Source of the DNA: an uncultured Gammaproteobacteria bacterium
GTDB lineage: Bacteria; Patescibacteriota; Microgenomatia; UBA8517
NCBI GenBank assembly: GCA_964617045.1
Contig: CAZTVZ010000002.1
Coordinates: forward strand, 12,095 to 76,094
Reading direction: 5' to 3'
DNA length: 64,000 nucleotides
Of the stretch, positions 26,372-36,314 are shown in pieces. Below the pieces are notes generated by a model. It had not been told where the DNA came from, did not search any database, and saw nothing but the letters and a program-made list of their open reading frames with translations. The translations under genes and the position numbers were made by a program. Each line of letters begins with the position of its first letter. Position 1 is the stretch's first letter.

Positions 26372-29050
26372 GTGTTTAATATATTTTCAAGGCTTCTTGA
26401 TATTAATCAGAAAGAAGTCGACAGATTAACCAGAATAGTCGAAAAGATTAACGAATTCGAACCTAAAATTAAGAAGTTGAAAGATTCCGATTTTGCAAAA
26501 AAAACGGATGAGTTCAAAAAAAGATTCGAAAAAGGGGAAGATTTGAAAGATATCCTTCCCGAAGCATATGCACTCGTAAGAGAAGCTTCATGGAGAGTTC
26601 TCGGAATGCGGCACTATGATGTCCAGCTGATGGCCTCGGTTGCACTGTTCGAAGGAAAAGTTGCAGAACAGAAAACCGGAGAAGGAAAAACGTTAGCTGC
26701 GGTACCGGCATTATATCTTCGGGCAATTTCAGGAGAGGGTGTTCATTTGGTTACGGTAAACGATTATTTGGCCAGACGTGATGCGGGATGGAATGCACCT
26801 GTTTTTAACATGCTGGGTTTGTCAGTAGGATCAATCATTCAGGATACAAAATCATTTATTTACGATCCGGAATACACCGACACCTCGCACGGTGACGAGA
26901 GACTTGCCCACCTGAAACCTTGTGAGAGAAGAGAGGCTTATAAAGCAGATATTACATATGGAACCAACAATGAATTCGGATTCGACTACTTAAGAGACAA
27001 TATGGTTTCCTCCTTGGAAGAAATGGTCCAAAGAGGTCATTATTTTGCCATTGTTGACGAAGTTGATTCTATTCTTATTGATGAGGCAAGAACTCCTCTT
27101 ATCATTTCTGCACCGGATACCGAGCCTACCGAAAAATATTATAAATTTGCAGAGCTTGTAGGAAAACTCAATCCTGATACCGATTACAAAGTTGACGAAA
27201 AAGCCAAATCGGCAACTCTTACTGAACATGGGATTGCAAAAGTAGAAAAAATTTTAGGAGTTGAGAATCTTTACGAAAAAGATTTTGAATCGATACATCA
27301 TATAGAAAACGCTCTTCGTGCAAGAAGTCTTTACCTGAAAGACAAGGATTATGTTGTTAAGGATAATCAGGTTACCATCGTCGACGAATTTACCGGAAGA
27401 CTTATGTTGGGAAGAAGATGGAGTGACGGATTGCATCAGGCTGTTGAGGCCAAAGAAGGAGTATCCATCCAACAGGAGAGCAAAACACTTGCTACTATTT
27501 CTTTTCAAAATTATTTCAGAATGTACAAACATCTTTCCGGAATGACGGGAACAGCATCAACGGAAGCGGAAGAATTTAGGAAGATTTACAAACTCGATGT
27601 TGTCGTTATTCCCACGCACAGACAGATGGCCAGGAAAGACAATTCCGATTCGATTTTTAAAACACTCAGAGGAAAATACGGTGCAATTGTTGCCGATATC
27701 GAAAAGATGCATCATGATGGTCAACCGGTACTTGTTGGTACGACATCAATCGAAAAGAATGAAATTATCTCCGAATACCTAAAAAGAAGAAAAATTCCCC
27801 ATAAAGTTTTAAACGCCAAGAACCATGAAAGCGAAGCTTTGATTATTTCGGAAGCAGGAAAAGAGGGGGCAGTTACTGTTGCCACCAATATGGCGGGAAG
27901 AGGAGTAGATATCGTATTGGGCGGAGCAATGCCAGACAGACGGGAAGGTCAAAGTCAGGAAGATTATCAAAATTCAAAAGAATACAAAGAATGGAAAAAA
28001 ACCCATGACAGAATAATTGATTTGGGAGGACTTCATGTTATAGGAACGGAAAGACACGAATCCAGGAGAATTGATAATCAGTTAAGGGGAAGATCTGGAA
28101 GACAGGGTGACCCCGGTTCTTCCAGATTCTATTTATCCTTGGAAGACGATTTGATGAGAATATTCGGAGGAGAACAAATTGGTGCGGTTATGGATAGACT
28201 CCAACTTCCAGAGGATCAGCCTATTGAGAACTCTTTGGTCAGCAGAGCAATAGAACAAGCCCAGGTAAAAGTTGAAGGATTCCATTTCGATATAAGAAAA
28301 AGATTGGTGGAGTTTGATGATGTTGCCAATCAACAAAGAGAAATTGTTTACAAGCTAAGAAGAAGAATGCTTGAGTCCCCGGATGTAAAAGAAGAAATCT
28401 TGGAAAAACTAAAAGTTCAAGCCGAAAACATAGTAGAAACATCTTGGTATGAATATGAATCATCCCCGGATTTAGACAAAATAATGGGTAATTTGTTGGA
28501 AATTATTCCTTTTGATGAAAAATCTTCAAAAAGAGTAAGGGAAGAACTGGAAAAGAGAAATTCTAAGTCCGAAATGGTTGAATTGTTGAAAGGAGTGATT
28601 ACCGATGTACACACCGCAAGAGAAAAACAGCTTTCTCCTGAAATAATGAGACAGGTTGAGAAGTATGCATATTTGGGATCTATCGATAAACTATGGATAG
28701 ACCACTTGGATCAGATAGAAAATCTGAGAGAAGGAATAGGCCTCAGAGCTTACGGACAAAGAGATCCTTTGGTCGAATTTAAAAATGAAGCGTTCAATCT
28801 GTTTGAAGGTTTGGTTTCAAGAATTGACGAGGAACTTTCAAGAAGATTGTTTAGAATCAATGTCGGAATTCCAAGAAGTGAAATTCCCTTGGAACGAGCT
28901 GTCGAGAATGTGGACCGAAACGATTCAACAGGGCTATCGGAAAATAGAAAGACCGATAAGCCCAAAACAAGTACCATTGGTAGAAACGATCCGTGCTGGT
29001 GCGGTAGTGGAAAAAAGTGGAAAAAGTGTCACTATCCGCAAACCGGATAG
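26372..29050 (+). CDS. secA: Preprotein translocase subunit SecA
   Basis: KTGEGKT, VDEVDSILIDEARTPLIIS, ATNMAGRG, QLRGRSGRQGDPG and the SEC-C motif GRNDPCWCGSGKKWKKCH. Confidence 0.98.
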   Translation: MFNIFSRLLDINQKEVDRLTRIVEKINEFEPKIKKLKDSDFAKKTDEFKKRFEKGEDLKDILPEAYALVREASWRVLGMRHYDVQLMASVALFEGKVAEQKTGEGKTLAAVPALYLRAISGEGVHLVTVNDYLARRDAGWNAPVFNMLGLSVGSIIQDTKSFIYDPEYTDTSHGDERLAHLKPCERREAYKADITYGTNNEFGFDYLRDNMVSSLEEMVQRGHYFAIVDEVDSILIDEARTPLIISAPDTEPTEKYYKFAELVGKLNPDTDYKVDEKAKSATLTEHGIAKVEKILGVENLYEKDFESIHHIENALRARSLYLKDKDYVVKDNQVTIVDEFTGRLMLGRRWSDGLHQAVEAKEGVSIQQESKTLATISFQNYFRMYKHLSGMTGTASTEAEEFRKIYKLDVVVIPTHRQMARKDNSDSIFKTLRGKYGAIVADIEKMHHDGQPVLVGTTSIEKNEIISEYLKRRKIPHKVLNAKNHESEALIISEAGKEGAVTVATNMAGRGVDIVLGGAMPDRREGQSQEDYQNSKEYKEWKKTHDRIIDLGGLHVIGTERHESRRIDNQLRGRSGRQGDPGSSRFYLSLEDDLMRIFGGEQIGAVMDRLQLPEDQPIENSLVSRAIEQAQVKVEGFHFDIRKRLVEFDDVANQQREIVYKLRRRMLESPDVKEEILEKLKVQAENIVETSWYEYESSPDLDKIMGNLLEIIPFDEKSSKRVREELEKRNSKSEMVELLKGVITDVHTAREKQLSPEIMRQVEKYAYLGSIDKLWIDHLDQIENLREGIGLRAYGQRDPLVEFKNEAFNLFEGLVSRIDEELSRRLFRINVGIPRSEIPLERAVENVDRNDSTGLSENRKTDKPKTSTIGRNDPCWCGSGKKWKKCHYPQTG

Positions 29051-29074
29051 AAATTAATATAATAAATCTGCCTA

Positions 29075-31690
29075 ATGAAAAAAATAATATTATTAATTCT
29101 ACTAATAGTATCGGTAGTATTCTCCGTTTTACACTTTGGGGGAATAATAAGTGCAGACGATCCGCCCGTAATCAGCGATATTACCATTGTTCCGGATCTG
29201 GATATTTCCAGGTTTCTTCCGTACAACATCACTGCTCAAATAACCAATTGGCCCACATCAAGCTCGGCGACAGTAAGGATTGAAAACATCAACGGAAATG
29301 GAAACACTTCGTGTTGGGATTATTACGCCGACGGGACATGCGGATCTTCACCAATTGAGTTAACGATGAATTATGACTCGGGAAGTCTTTGGGAATCCAT
29401 AAATGTTTATCCCGATTATATTTATCCGGAGATCTATTTTGCCCCATCAGCAATTACTTGGGCAAATGCTCCTTCCAATATTTCCGTTCGACGAGGGAGC
29501 TACCATATGCTTCATTTTCATAATCCGTTTACCATGACTGCGAATCAAAGCTTTTGGATTGAATTTAATTCCGTTCCGGTAAACACCTCAACCTCAGCCG
29601 ATATGCAGATATATCTAGTCGAGAAAAATCACGACATTACTTACTTTAATTCCGATTGGAGAAATAATGCCGGAGTAGAGCTTGTAGGAACTTTTCTCAG
29701 GACTGCCACTTTTCATCACACCCATTCGGCAAACTCTTCCCATCATTTGGTTACTTTATCGACCAATGCCGATAAAACAGTCGGAACAAAAAGTCTGGAC
29801 ATATCGGGGGATTTTTGGGTAGTAATCTATACCGATGCTCAACCGGCCAACAGATCTTGGAATTTGCGTTATCAAACAAGTAGCCTTTGTACCAATACCA
29901 ACAGGTGGTATGTGGGAAATATTTCTGGATGGACAACGACTTATCAAAACGGATGTCCGGATGTGCATATTCATACTGCAAGAAGGGGTACAAATGCCGA
30001 CAATGTTTCGGCAACTGTTATTGCCGGAGGATCTTCAACCACAGAAACATTTTCTTTTGAGCCATTACCGAATTTACCCCCAAATTCAACGAGCTTTATA
30101 ACACCTGCCGTAAACGGATCTTATGCAGGAGTTGTTCCGATTACCTGGGATCCCGCAAGCGACCCAAATGGAGACTCCCTTACGTATAATTTGTTTTTAT
30201 TAAATTCGGAAGGAGCTACCGTCAGTACTTTGGCAACAGGTACGTCTTCAACTTCGTATAATCTTTCAACCGTCGGAGTTGTGGCCAACGGAAATTATGG
30301 CCTTAAAGGAGAGGTTTGCGACGGAGTGAACCCTTGTGTCGAATTTCTGCTCGGAGGGATATTCACAGTTGATAATACCGATCCAATAAGAACAATTTCC
30401 TCGGTTGTCATATCAAGCAACAATTCGAACACTTCATATGCAAAAGCAGGAGATGAAGTAACAATTGCTTTTGTTGCAAGCGGATCAATGGATGCTCCGA
30501 CGGTCGAAGTTTACTCCGGTGGAATTTCAGTTGTCGATACAATAAGTGTGACGAACCCATCGGGAGAAAATTGGGAAGCAGCGTTTACAGTTGGTTCGAT
30601 TGATACGGATGGGACGGTCGAGTTTAATATTAGTTCCACCGAATTAGATCGTGATTATTCCGCAACGACAGATTCTTCGTTGGTGACGATTGACAACACC
30701 GCTCCCTCAAATCCGGCATATTCTCCGTCTGCGAATTATTATTCCTCTTCACAAAACGTAGCAATAACCTCATCCGGATCTAACCATATTAGATTTACGA
30801 CTGACGGAACTAGTCCGACTTGTTCTTCTGGTAACCTGTACTCAAGTCCGATTAATGTTCTTTCGTCGATAACCATAAAATCAGTTGGATGTGATACTGC
30901 TGGTAACATTTCCGGTGTATCCGAGGCAAGGTATGATATTGCCGTTCCTGCCCCGACTTGTTCGGGACAGAAGATTGAAACAACTCCGGATTTATTTGAA
31001 ATCAGAACAACAAAAGACAGTGCTCAAATATTCTTCACTCCAATTTCGGGAGTGAATAATTACCATCTTAGTTATTCGGCAAACAGCAATGCCGAAGAAC
31101 ATGGATTAGAAGAAGTTTTGGATTCGGAAGGTGTGCAAACTCTTAATGTAAAAAGTCTTGAACCTGGGACGAAATACTATTTTAAAATCAGAGGTCATAA
31201 CAATTGTTCAAGCAGTGATTGGTCCGAAATATTTGCCGTTTCAACTATCATAGAAGCAACCGGTGTTCAAAGGACAAGTGAGTATAGCGGTTTAAAAATA
31301 GATAACACCGAAATCAAGAAAAGTGGAGAAGGAGAAGAGAAAGAGGGCAAAAAACTGATTATCAAAGTTCTCAAAGACGGCCTTCCGCTTCCTAATACCA
31401 AGGTTGAGATACATACCAAACCGATGGTTGGTTTTACCAATGACGAAGGGGTAGTTACGTTTGAGAATGTGGAAGAAGGCGATCATACAATAAAGATAAT
31501 CCACGAAAATGGTGAAGACGAACAGCCTTTGGCAATTTCGGGTGATAAATCACAATACGATATTGTTGTTAATGTTTCCTTGCAACAAAAAGAAGAAAAA
31601 CCGATAAATTATCTGTATTACGTAATAGGGGTGTTGTTAATTCCAGTAATATTCTTTATTATTCTGAAAAGGAAAAAGAGAAATGGATAA
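29075..31690 (+). CDS. Surface protein with Ig-like/chitobiase-C/FN3/prealbumin-like domains and C-terminal TM anchor
   Basis: Signal peptide; IRFTTDGTSP..YSSPI; FN3 LEPGTKYYFKIRG; TNDEGVVTFENVEEGDHT; TM followed by KRKKR. Confidence 0.85.
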   Translation: MKKIILLILLIVSVVFSVLHFGGIISADDPPVISDITIVPDLDISRFLPYNITAQITNWPTSSSATVRIENINGNGNTSCWDYYADGTCGSSPIELTMNYDSGSLWESINVYPDYIYPEIYFAPSAITWANAPSNISVRRGSYHMLHFHNPFTMTANQSFWIEFNSVPVNTSTSADMQIYLVEKNHDITYFNSDWRNNAGVELVGTFLRTATFHHTHSANSSHHLVTLSTNADKTVGTKSLDISGDFWVVIYTDAQPANRSWNLRYQTSSLCTNTNRWYVGNISGWTTTYQNGCPDVHIHTARRGTNADNVSATVIAGGSSTTETFSFEPLPNLPPNSTSFITPAVNGSYAGVVPITWDPASDPNGDSLTYNLFLLNSEGATVSTLATGTSSTSYNLSTVGVVANGNYGLKGEVCDGVNPCVEFLLGGIFTVDNTDPIRTISSVVISSNNSNTSYAKAGDEVTIAFVASGSMDAPTVEVYSGGISVVDTISVTNPSGENWEAAFTVGSIDTDGTVEFNISSTELDRDYSATTDSSLVTIDNTAPSNPAYSPSANYYSSSQNVAITSSGSNHIRFTTDGTSPTCSSGNLYSSPINVLSSITIKSVGCDTAGNISGVSEARYDIAVPAPTCSGQKIETTPDLFEIRTTKDSAQIFFTPISGVNNYHLSYSANSNAEEHGLEEVLDSEGVQTLNVKSLEPGTKYYFKIRGHNNCSSSDWSEIFAVSTIIEATGVQRTSEYSGLKIDNTEIKKSGEGEEKEGKKLIIKVLKDGLPLPNTKVEIHTKPMVGFTNDEGVVTFENVEEGDHTIKIIHENGEDEQPLAISGDKSQYDIVVNVSLQQKEEKPINYLYYVIGVLLIPVIFFIILKRKKRNG

Positions 31691-32141
31691 AGAGAAAAAT
31701 ATATTATTTGGTATTCTCGTGGCGGCGGTTATTCTGACCGCAGGACTATTAATATATAACAGCAATAAAAAGATTGTTGATGGTCCAATATTGGAAGACG
31801 GAAAGGAGGTTGAAACAGTGGGAAATTTACAAATTGAAGATTTGGCAGTCGGTAACGGAGCTGAAGCCGTAAAAGGAAATATTATTACGGTAAATTACAA
31901 AGGGACACTTACCGACGGTACACAGTTTGACAGTTCATACGATAGAGGAGAACCTTTTTCATTTAATCTTGGTGCCGGTCAGGTAATCCAAGGATGGGAA
32001 GAAGGATTTGTCGGAATGAAAGTGGGAGGAAAAAGAAAATTAACTATTCCTCCTTCAATGGGGTACGGATCAAGAGACATGGGAGTAATTCCTCCCAATT
32101 CGACATTGATTTTCGAGGTAGAACTATTAAAAGTAGAATAA
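31683..32141 (+). CDS. FKBP-type peptidyl-prolyl isomerase with N-terminal TM anchor
   Basis: VNYKGTL.DG.QFDSS, VIQGWEEG, GMKVGGKRKLTIPP..GYG and IPPNSTLIFEVEL motifs. Confidence 0.96.
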   Translation: MDKEKNILFGILVAAVILTAGLLIYNSNKKIVDGPILEDGKEVETVGNLQIEDLAVGNGAEAVKGNIITVNYKGTLTDGTQFDSSYDRGEPFSFNLGAGQVIQGWEEGFVGMKVGGKRKLTIPPSMGYGSRDMGVIPPNSTLIFEVELLKVE

Positions 32142-32185
32142 GTTTGGTTTGAATTGGTTATCTCTCGGAGTTATACTATCCGACA

Positions 32186-32395
32186 ATGAAAGAAAAACTA
32201 ACAGCAAACGAAGCCAGGGTGGAACTTGTAAGAGAGTTGTATGGCAAAGGAGTAAAATCCGAAAATCTTTCTGAAGACACTTCTCCTTGGGTAAAAGTAT
32301 CATTGGAAGGTCTTGAAAGAGGAGAGCCTTTAAACGAGGATACATTGTCAAAAATAGATATTTCCCAAAACAATAAATCCGCTCCAATAAAATAA
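32186..32395 (+). CDS. Small hypothetical protein
   Basis: 69-aa ORF with TATACT 8 nt upstream; stop lies 3 nt before tgt. Confidence 0.55.
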   Translation: MKEKLTANEARVELVRELYGKGVKSENLSEDTSPWVKVSLEGLERGEPLNEDTLSKIDISQNNKSAPIK

Positions 32396-32398
32396 TCA

Positions 32399-33472
32399 AT
32401 GAAAAAGTATTTTAGATCACGGTCAGGCAATATTTCTATGCCCATGTTTTTTCCCGATGCAACAAGAGCAGTTATTAGAACACTGGATTCTCAAGATATT
32501 ATTAATTCCGGAACAAAAGGCGTACTGGTTAATACTTTTCATCTTTGGCAAGAGATCAATACGAACACACTAGAAAAGTCGAATGGAATCGGTAATTTCA
32601 TGAATTTTAAGGGAGGTATTATTTCCGATTCGGGAGGATTCCAGGTGATGTCCTTGATAAAAAGCGGAGAAATGAAAGGAAAAGTAACCGATGAGGGTGT
32701 TGTAATGTATCCTTCAAGGAACAAAAAAGTTGTTTTGACTCCGGAGAAATCAATTGCCTTTCAAATTAGTTTGGGTACAGACATGGTTGTTGTTTTAGAT
32801 GATTTTACGGATCCTGATTCTACCCATGATGAAGCAAAGATGTCCGTTGAACGAACAATCGAATGGGCAAAAAGATCGAAGAAAGAGTTTGAAAAATTAA
32901 CAAAAGGAAAAAAACAAAAACCGTATCTTCTGGGTGTTTCCCAGGGTGGTTATTATCAAGATTTGAGAAAATATTGCACCGAAGAGCTGGTAAAAATAGG
33001 ATTTGACGGTTTAGGATACGGAGGCTGGCCTCTTAATAAAGACGGATCTTTTGATTATGAATCGGCAAGGACAATTTCCGATAACTCCCCCGAAGATTAT
33101 TTATTATATGGATTGGGAATCGGCAAGCCCGAAGAAATAGTTGAGTTAACCAAGATGGGATATTCCATATTTGATTGTGTATTGCCAACAAGAGATGCTA
33201 GACATAAAAGACTTTATTTATATACAGCAAAATCGTACAAAGATATTACTCTTAAAGGAAAATTCTACACTTATTACACTCCGGATAGAAGTGCTTATAC
33301 AGATGATTTGAGTAGTATCTCCGAAGCTTGTGATTGTTTGTTGTGTAAAAATTACTCAAAAGCTTATTTAGCACATTTGTTTAAAAAAGAACCGATGTCT
33401 GCAATGCGTTTATCTACTATTCACAATCTCCGTTTTTATTCAATGTTAATGGAAAAATTGCAAAACAGTTGA
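32399..33472 (+). CDS. tgt: tRNA-guanine transglycosylase
   Basis: NTFHL, DSGGFQ, FDCVLPTRDAR and Zn site CDCLLC..HN. Confidence 0.93.
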   Translation: MKKYFRSRSGNISMPMFFPDATRAVIRTLDSQDIINSGTKGVLVNTFHLWQEINTNTLEKSNGIGNFMNFKGGIISDSGGFQVMSLIKSGEMKGKVTDEGVVMYPSRNKKVVLTPEKSIAFQISLGTDMVVVLDDFTDPDSTHDEAKMSVERTIEWAKRSKKEFEKLTKGKKQKPYLLGVSQGGYYQDLRKYCTEELVKIGFDGLGYGGWPLNKDGSFDYESARTISDNSPEDYLLYGLGIGKPEEIVELTKMGYSIFDCVLPTRDARHKRLYLYTAKSYKDITLKGKFYTYYTPDRSAYTDDLSSISEACDCLLCKNYSKAYLAHLFKKEPMSAMRLSTIHNLRFYSMLMEKLQNS

Positions 33473-33507
33473 CAAACAAGATTTAAATAGTTAAACTGCG
33501 ACGCAAT

Positions 33508-34161
33508 ATGGAAGAAGACCAATCACAGCAAGTTCAAACACAAGAAGTATTGAATCCTGCACCCATGGATGAAACTCCAAGCGTCGGCTTTCCCACAATG
33601 CCTCCTCAAAGACAGAAGTCAGGCGGCGGAAAATTAATTTTTGTAATTCTCGGAATTCTAATTCTTATTGGTTTGGGAGTATTTCTATTTGCAAGAGGTG
33701 GATCTGAAGAAAATATTTCCATATCACCCACTCCCACCGACTTTATTGAAGAAACCCCCACCCCTGAGGAGTCTACAACACCGACACCAACAGCTACTTC
33801 AATCGATAAAACGGAAATAACGATTGAAATTAAAAACGGTACGGGAATTGCAGGAGAAGCGGCTTTTCTTCAAACCAAACTGAAGGCTTTGGGATATTCG
33901 GATATGAGTGCCGGAAATGCCGATTCTCAGAACGAAACGACAACGACAGTTACTTTCTCGAAAACAACTCCATCTACCGTTGTTGATGAAATTACAAAAG
34001 AATTGGAAACAATATATACGGAAGTGACCGCCAAAACCTCTTCTACTCAAAAATCAGAAGTAGTAATTATTACCGGACTCCGAAAAGGTGCAACACCAAA
34101 GCCGTCCGCAACCGCAACGCCAACGGCAACAAAAACCCCAACCCCTACTGTTAACGACTGA
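33508..34161 (+). CDS. Membrane protein with LytR C-terminal domain and Thr/Pro linkers
   Basis: TM helix, TPTP linker, IEIKNGTGIAGEA..GY..GNAD..VVIITG; TTGACA-17-TAAACT promoter. Confidence 0.85.
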   Translation: MEEDQSQQVQTQEVLNPAPMDETPSVGFPTMPPQRQKSGGGKLIFVILGILILIGLGVFLFARGGSEENISISPTPTDFIEETPTPEESTTPTPTATSIDKTEITIEIKNGTGIAGEAAFLQTKLKALGYSDMSAGNADSQNETTTTVTFSKTTPSTVVDEITKELETIYTEVTAKTSSTQKSEVVIITGLRKGATPKPSATATPTATKTPTPTVND

Positions 34162-34201
34162 TTTCTTCATTATTATTGTCTGATTGTGTAAAATAATAGT
34201 A

Positions 34202-34669
34202 ATGCCTGATATATTCGCAAAGTTAACCAGTAGTTTGAATTTTGAAATTCCCTTGGGTTCCTTTTCTTTCAGGCCTGCTGTGTGGCAGGCAATTGCCATA
34301 GTTGGTCTTATTTTTCTGCTTATTGTTGTTCTGGCAAGTGTACGAAGACATCATGTTGATTGGTCTTTTAAAGGAGCAGGTTTTGGAATTTTTTTTGGAT
34401 TTCTTCTTGCACTGATACTGGAAGGATTTTTAATTATTGGAGGAAGAACAGTATTTACCGAGTTGATCGGATGGGAAAATGCACCAAAACCGATAATGGT
34501 CGCCTTGGACAGAGGAAGAGAAAAATTGGTTGAGGTGCTCGGTGTAACCGATGAAATACCGACTTCAAATGCAAAAGATAAAGATAGTGTTGACACGGTT
34601 ATCGATAAATACCAGACCTTAACCCCCGAGGAGGCGAAAAAAGTTCGGGGAATGATTTGCCCCAACTAA
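34202..34669 (+). CDS. Hypothetical membrane protein
   Basis: Two TM helices and GW.NAPKP motif; ATG 34202 follows TAAAAT by 7 nt. Confidence 0.7.
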   Translation: MPDIFAKLTSSLNFEIPLGSFSFRPAVWQAIAIVGLIFLLIVVLASVRRHHVDWSFKGAGFGIFFGFLLALILEGFLIIGGRTVFTELIGWENAPKPIMVALDRGREKLVEVLGVTDEIPTSNAKDKDSVDTVIDKYQTLTPEEAKKVRGMICPN

Positions 34670-34687
34670 GCTGATATACTTCCAGGT

Positions 34688-35761
34688 ATGTATGACATAA
34701 AACAAAGAATTGAAGATTTGGCCGAAAAGTACGCCGAATTTCTGAATTCCGTTAACTTAGACGGTAAAAAAGAAAATTATGGAAAGTTGGAAGGCGAATC
34801 TACGGATCCGTCATTGTGGAATGATCAGGAAAAAGCGAAAAATACTCTTAGAAAATTTGCTGACCTGAAAAAAGAAATCGAAGAAATTGAATCACTCGGA
34901 GATGAAATCAACACTCTTAAAGAGCTCTGCACAATGGAAGATTTATCCGAAGAACTTGAAAAAGAAGTGCTGAAAGCAGAAAAAACATTTCAAAAACTAA
35001 CTTTAAGTTCGTTTTTGTCCGGAAAATATGACAAAAATAATGCAATAGTCTCGATTCATGCCGGCCAAGGTGGAACAGAAGCAATGGATTGGTCAAGTAT
35101 GCTTCTTAGGATGTATTTGAAATATTGCGAGAATAAGGGATGGGAAACATCTGTAATCGATATGACCAGTGGTGAAGAGGCGGGAATAAAAAGTGTTACT
35201 TTTAAAGTTGTCGGACACTATGCATATGGTTATATGAAAGGTGAAGCAGGAGCTCATAGGTTGGTAAGACAATCACCTTTTAACGCGGACAAATTAAGAC
35301 AAACATCTTTCTCCTTGGTGGAAGTTCTTCCAGAAATTGAAGATGTGGATTCAGATACTATCCTTAAAGAAGAAGATATTGAAGTTCAATTTTTTCATTC
35401 ATCTTCACAAGGTGGACAAAACGTACAAAAAGTTTCTACGGCGGTAAGATTAACCCACAAACCGACGGGAATTGTTGTTACCGCTCAAGCGGAAAGATTT
35501 CAGGAACAAAACAGGAAAAACGCAATGAACCTCCTGCGTGCCAAACTTTGGGCACTTGAACAAGAAAAAGCACTTGCCGAAAAACGTGCCATTAAAGGTG
35601 AATATCGCCCTGCCGGATGGGGGACTCAGATCAGATCATATGTATTACATCCTTATAAAATGGTTAAAGATTTGAGAACTGAAGTTGAAACATCAAATAC
35701 GGAGGCTGTTCTTGACGGAGATCTCGATATGTTCGTTGAAGCGGAATTGCAATTGAATTAA
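34688..35761 (+). CDS. prfB: Peptide chain release factor 2 (uninterrupted ORF)
   Basis: GGTEAMDW, HRLVRQSPF (SPF), GGQNV and QIRSYVLHPY motifs. Confidence 0.97.
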   Translation: MYDIKQRIEDLAEKYAEFLNSVNLDGKKENYGKLEGESTDPSLWNDQEKAKNTLRKFADLKKEIEEIESLGDEINTLKELCTMEDLSEELEKEVLKAEKTFQKLTLSSFLSGKYDKNNAIVSIHAGQGGTEAMDWSSMLLRMYLKYCENKGWETSVIDMTSGEEAGIKSVTFKVVGHYAYGYMKGEAGAHRLVRQSPFNADKLRQTSFSLVEVLPEIEDVDSDTILKEEDIEVQFFHSSSQGGQNVQKVSTAVRLTHKPTGIVVTAQAERFQEQNRKNAMNLLRAKLWALEQEKALAEKRAIKGEYRPAGWGTQIRSYVLHPYKMVKDLRTEVETSNTEAVLDGDLDMFVEAELQLN

Positions 35762-35790
35762 TTCATTGCAAGGTGCTATATTAGTTTATT

Positions 35791-36264
35791 ATGGATAACA
35801 TGCCGGTAAGACCAATGATTCCACAATCTCCACAGCCCACTGTACGGCCAATAAAGAAGTTCGATATAAAAAGTAATGCCATGCTTATTGCAGGTGTATT
35901 TTTGGTTGTTGCCTTGGGTGTGGGATCCGGATATTTATTGGCAAGGCAGGGTGTTCTTGGAGGATCAACCTCCACAAAAAGTGAAAGTACCGGAAAAGTT
36001 GAATCAATGACCGAAGCAGGTATTGATGATGAATCGCAATTTCCTGATACGGCCGAGGGTACGCTTGAAGAGGGTGGAATTGCAGGGGAAGGTACCCACC
36101 ATCTTGTTAGAACCGGAGGATCTTCACAAACCGTTTATCTTACCTCTACCGTAATAAATATGGATAATTTTGCAGGAAAGAAGGTTAAGGTTTGGGGTCA
36201 AACAGTATCCGCCAAAAAAGCGGGTTGGTTAATGGATGTGGGAAAAATTAAAGTAACCGAATAA
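35791..36264 (+). CDS. Hypothetical membrane-anchored protein
   Basis: Single TM helix and C-terminal GEGTHHL.R.GG.SQTVYLTS..WLMDVG domain. Confidence 0.75.
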   Translation: MDNMPVRPMIPQSPQPTVRPIKKFDIKSNAMLIAGVFLVVALGVGSGYLLARQGVLGGSTSTKSESTGKVESMTEAGIDDESQFPDTAEGTLEEGGIAGEGTHHLVRTGGSSQTVYLTSTVINMDNFAGKKVKVWGQTVSAKKAGWLMDVGKIKVTE

Positions 36265-36314
36265 TCTTCAAAAGCTTTATTTAAATCTTTTCATTTGATA
36301 CCCTTATTACAGCA

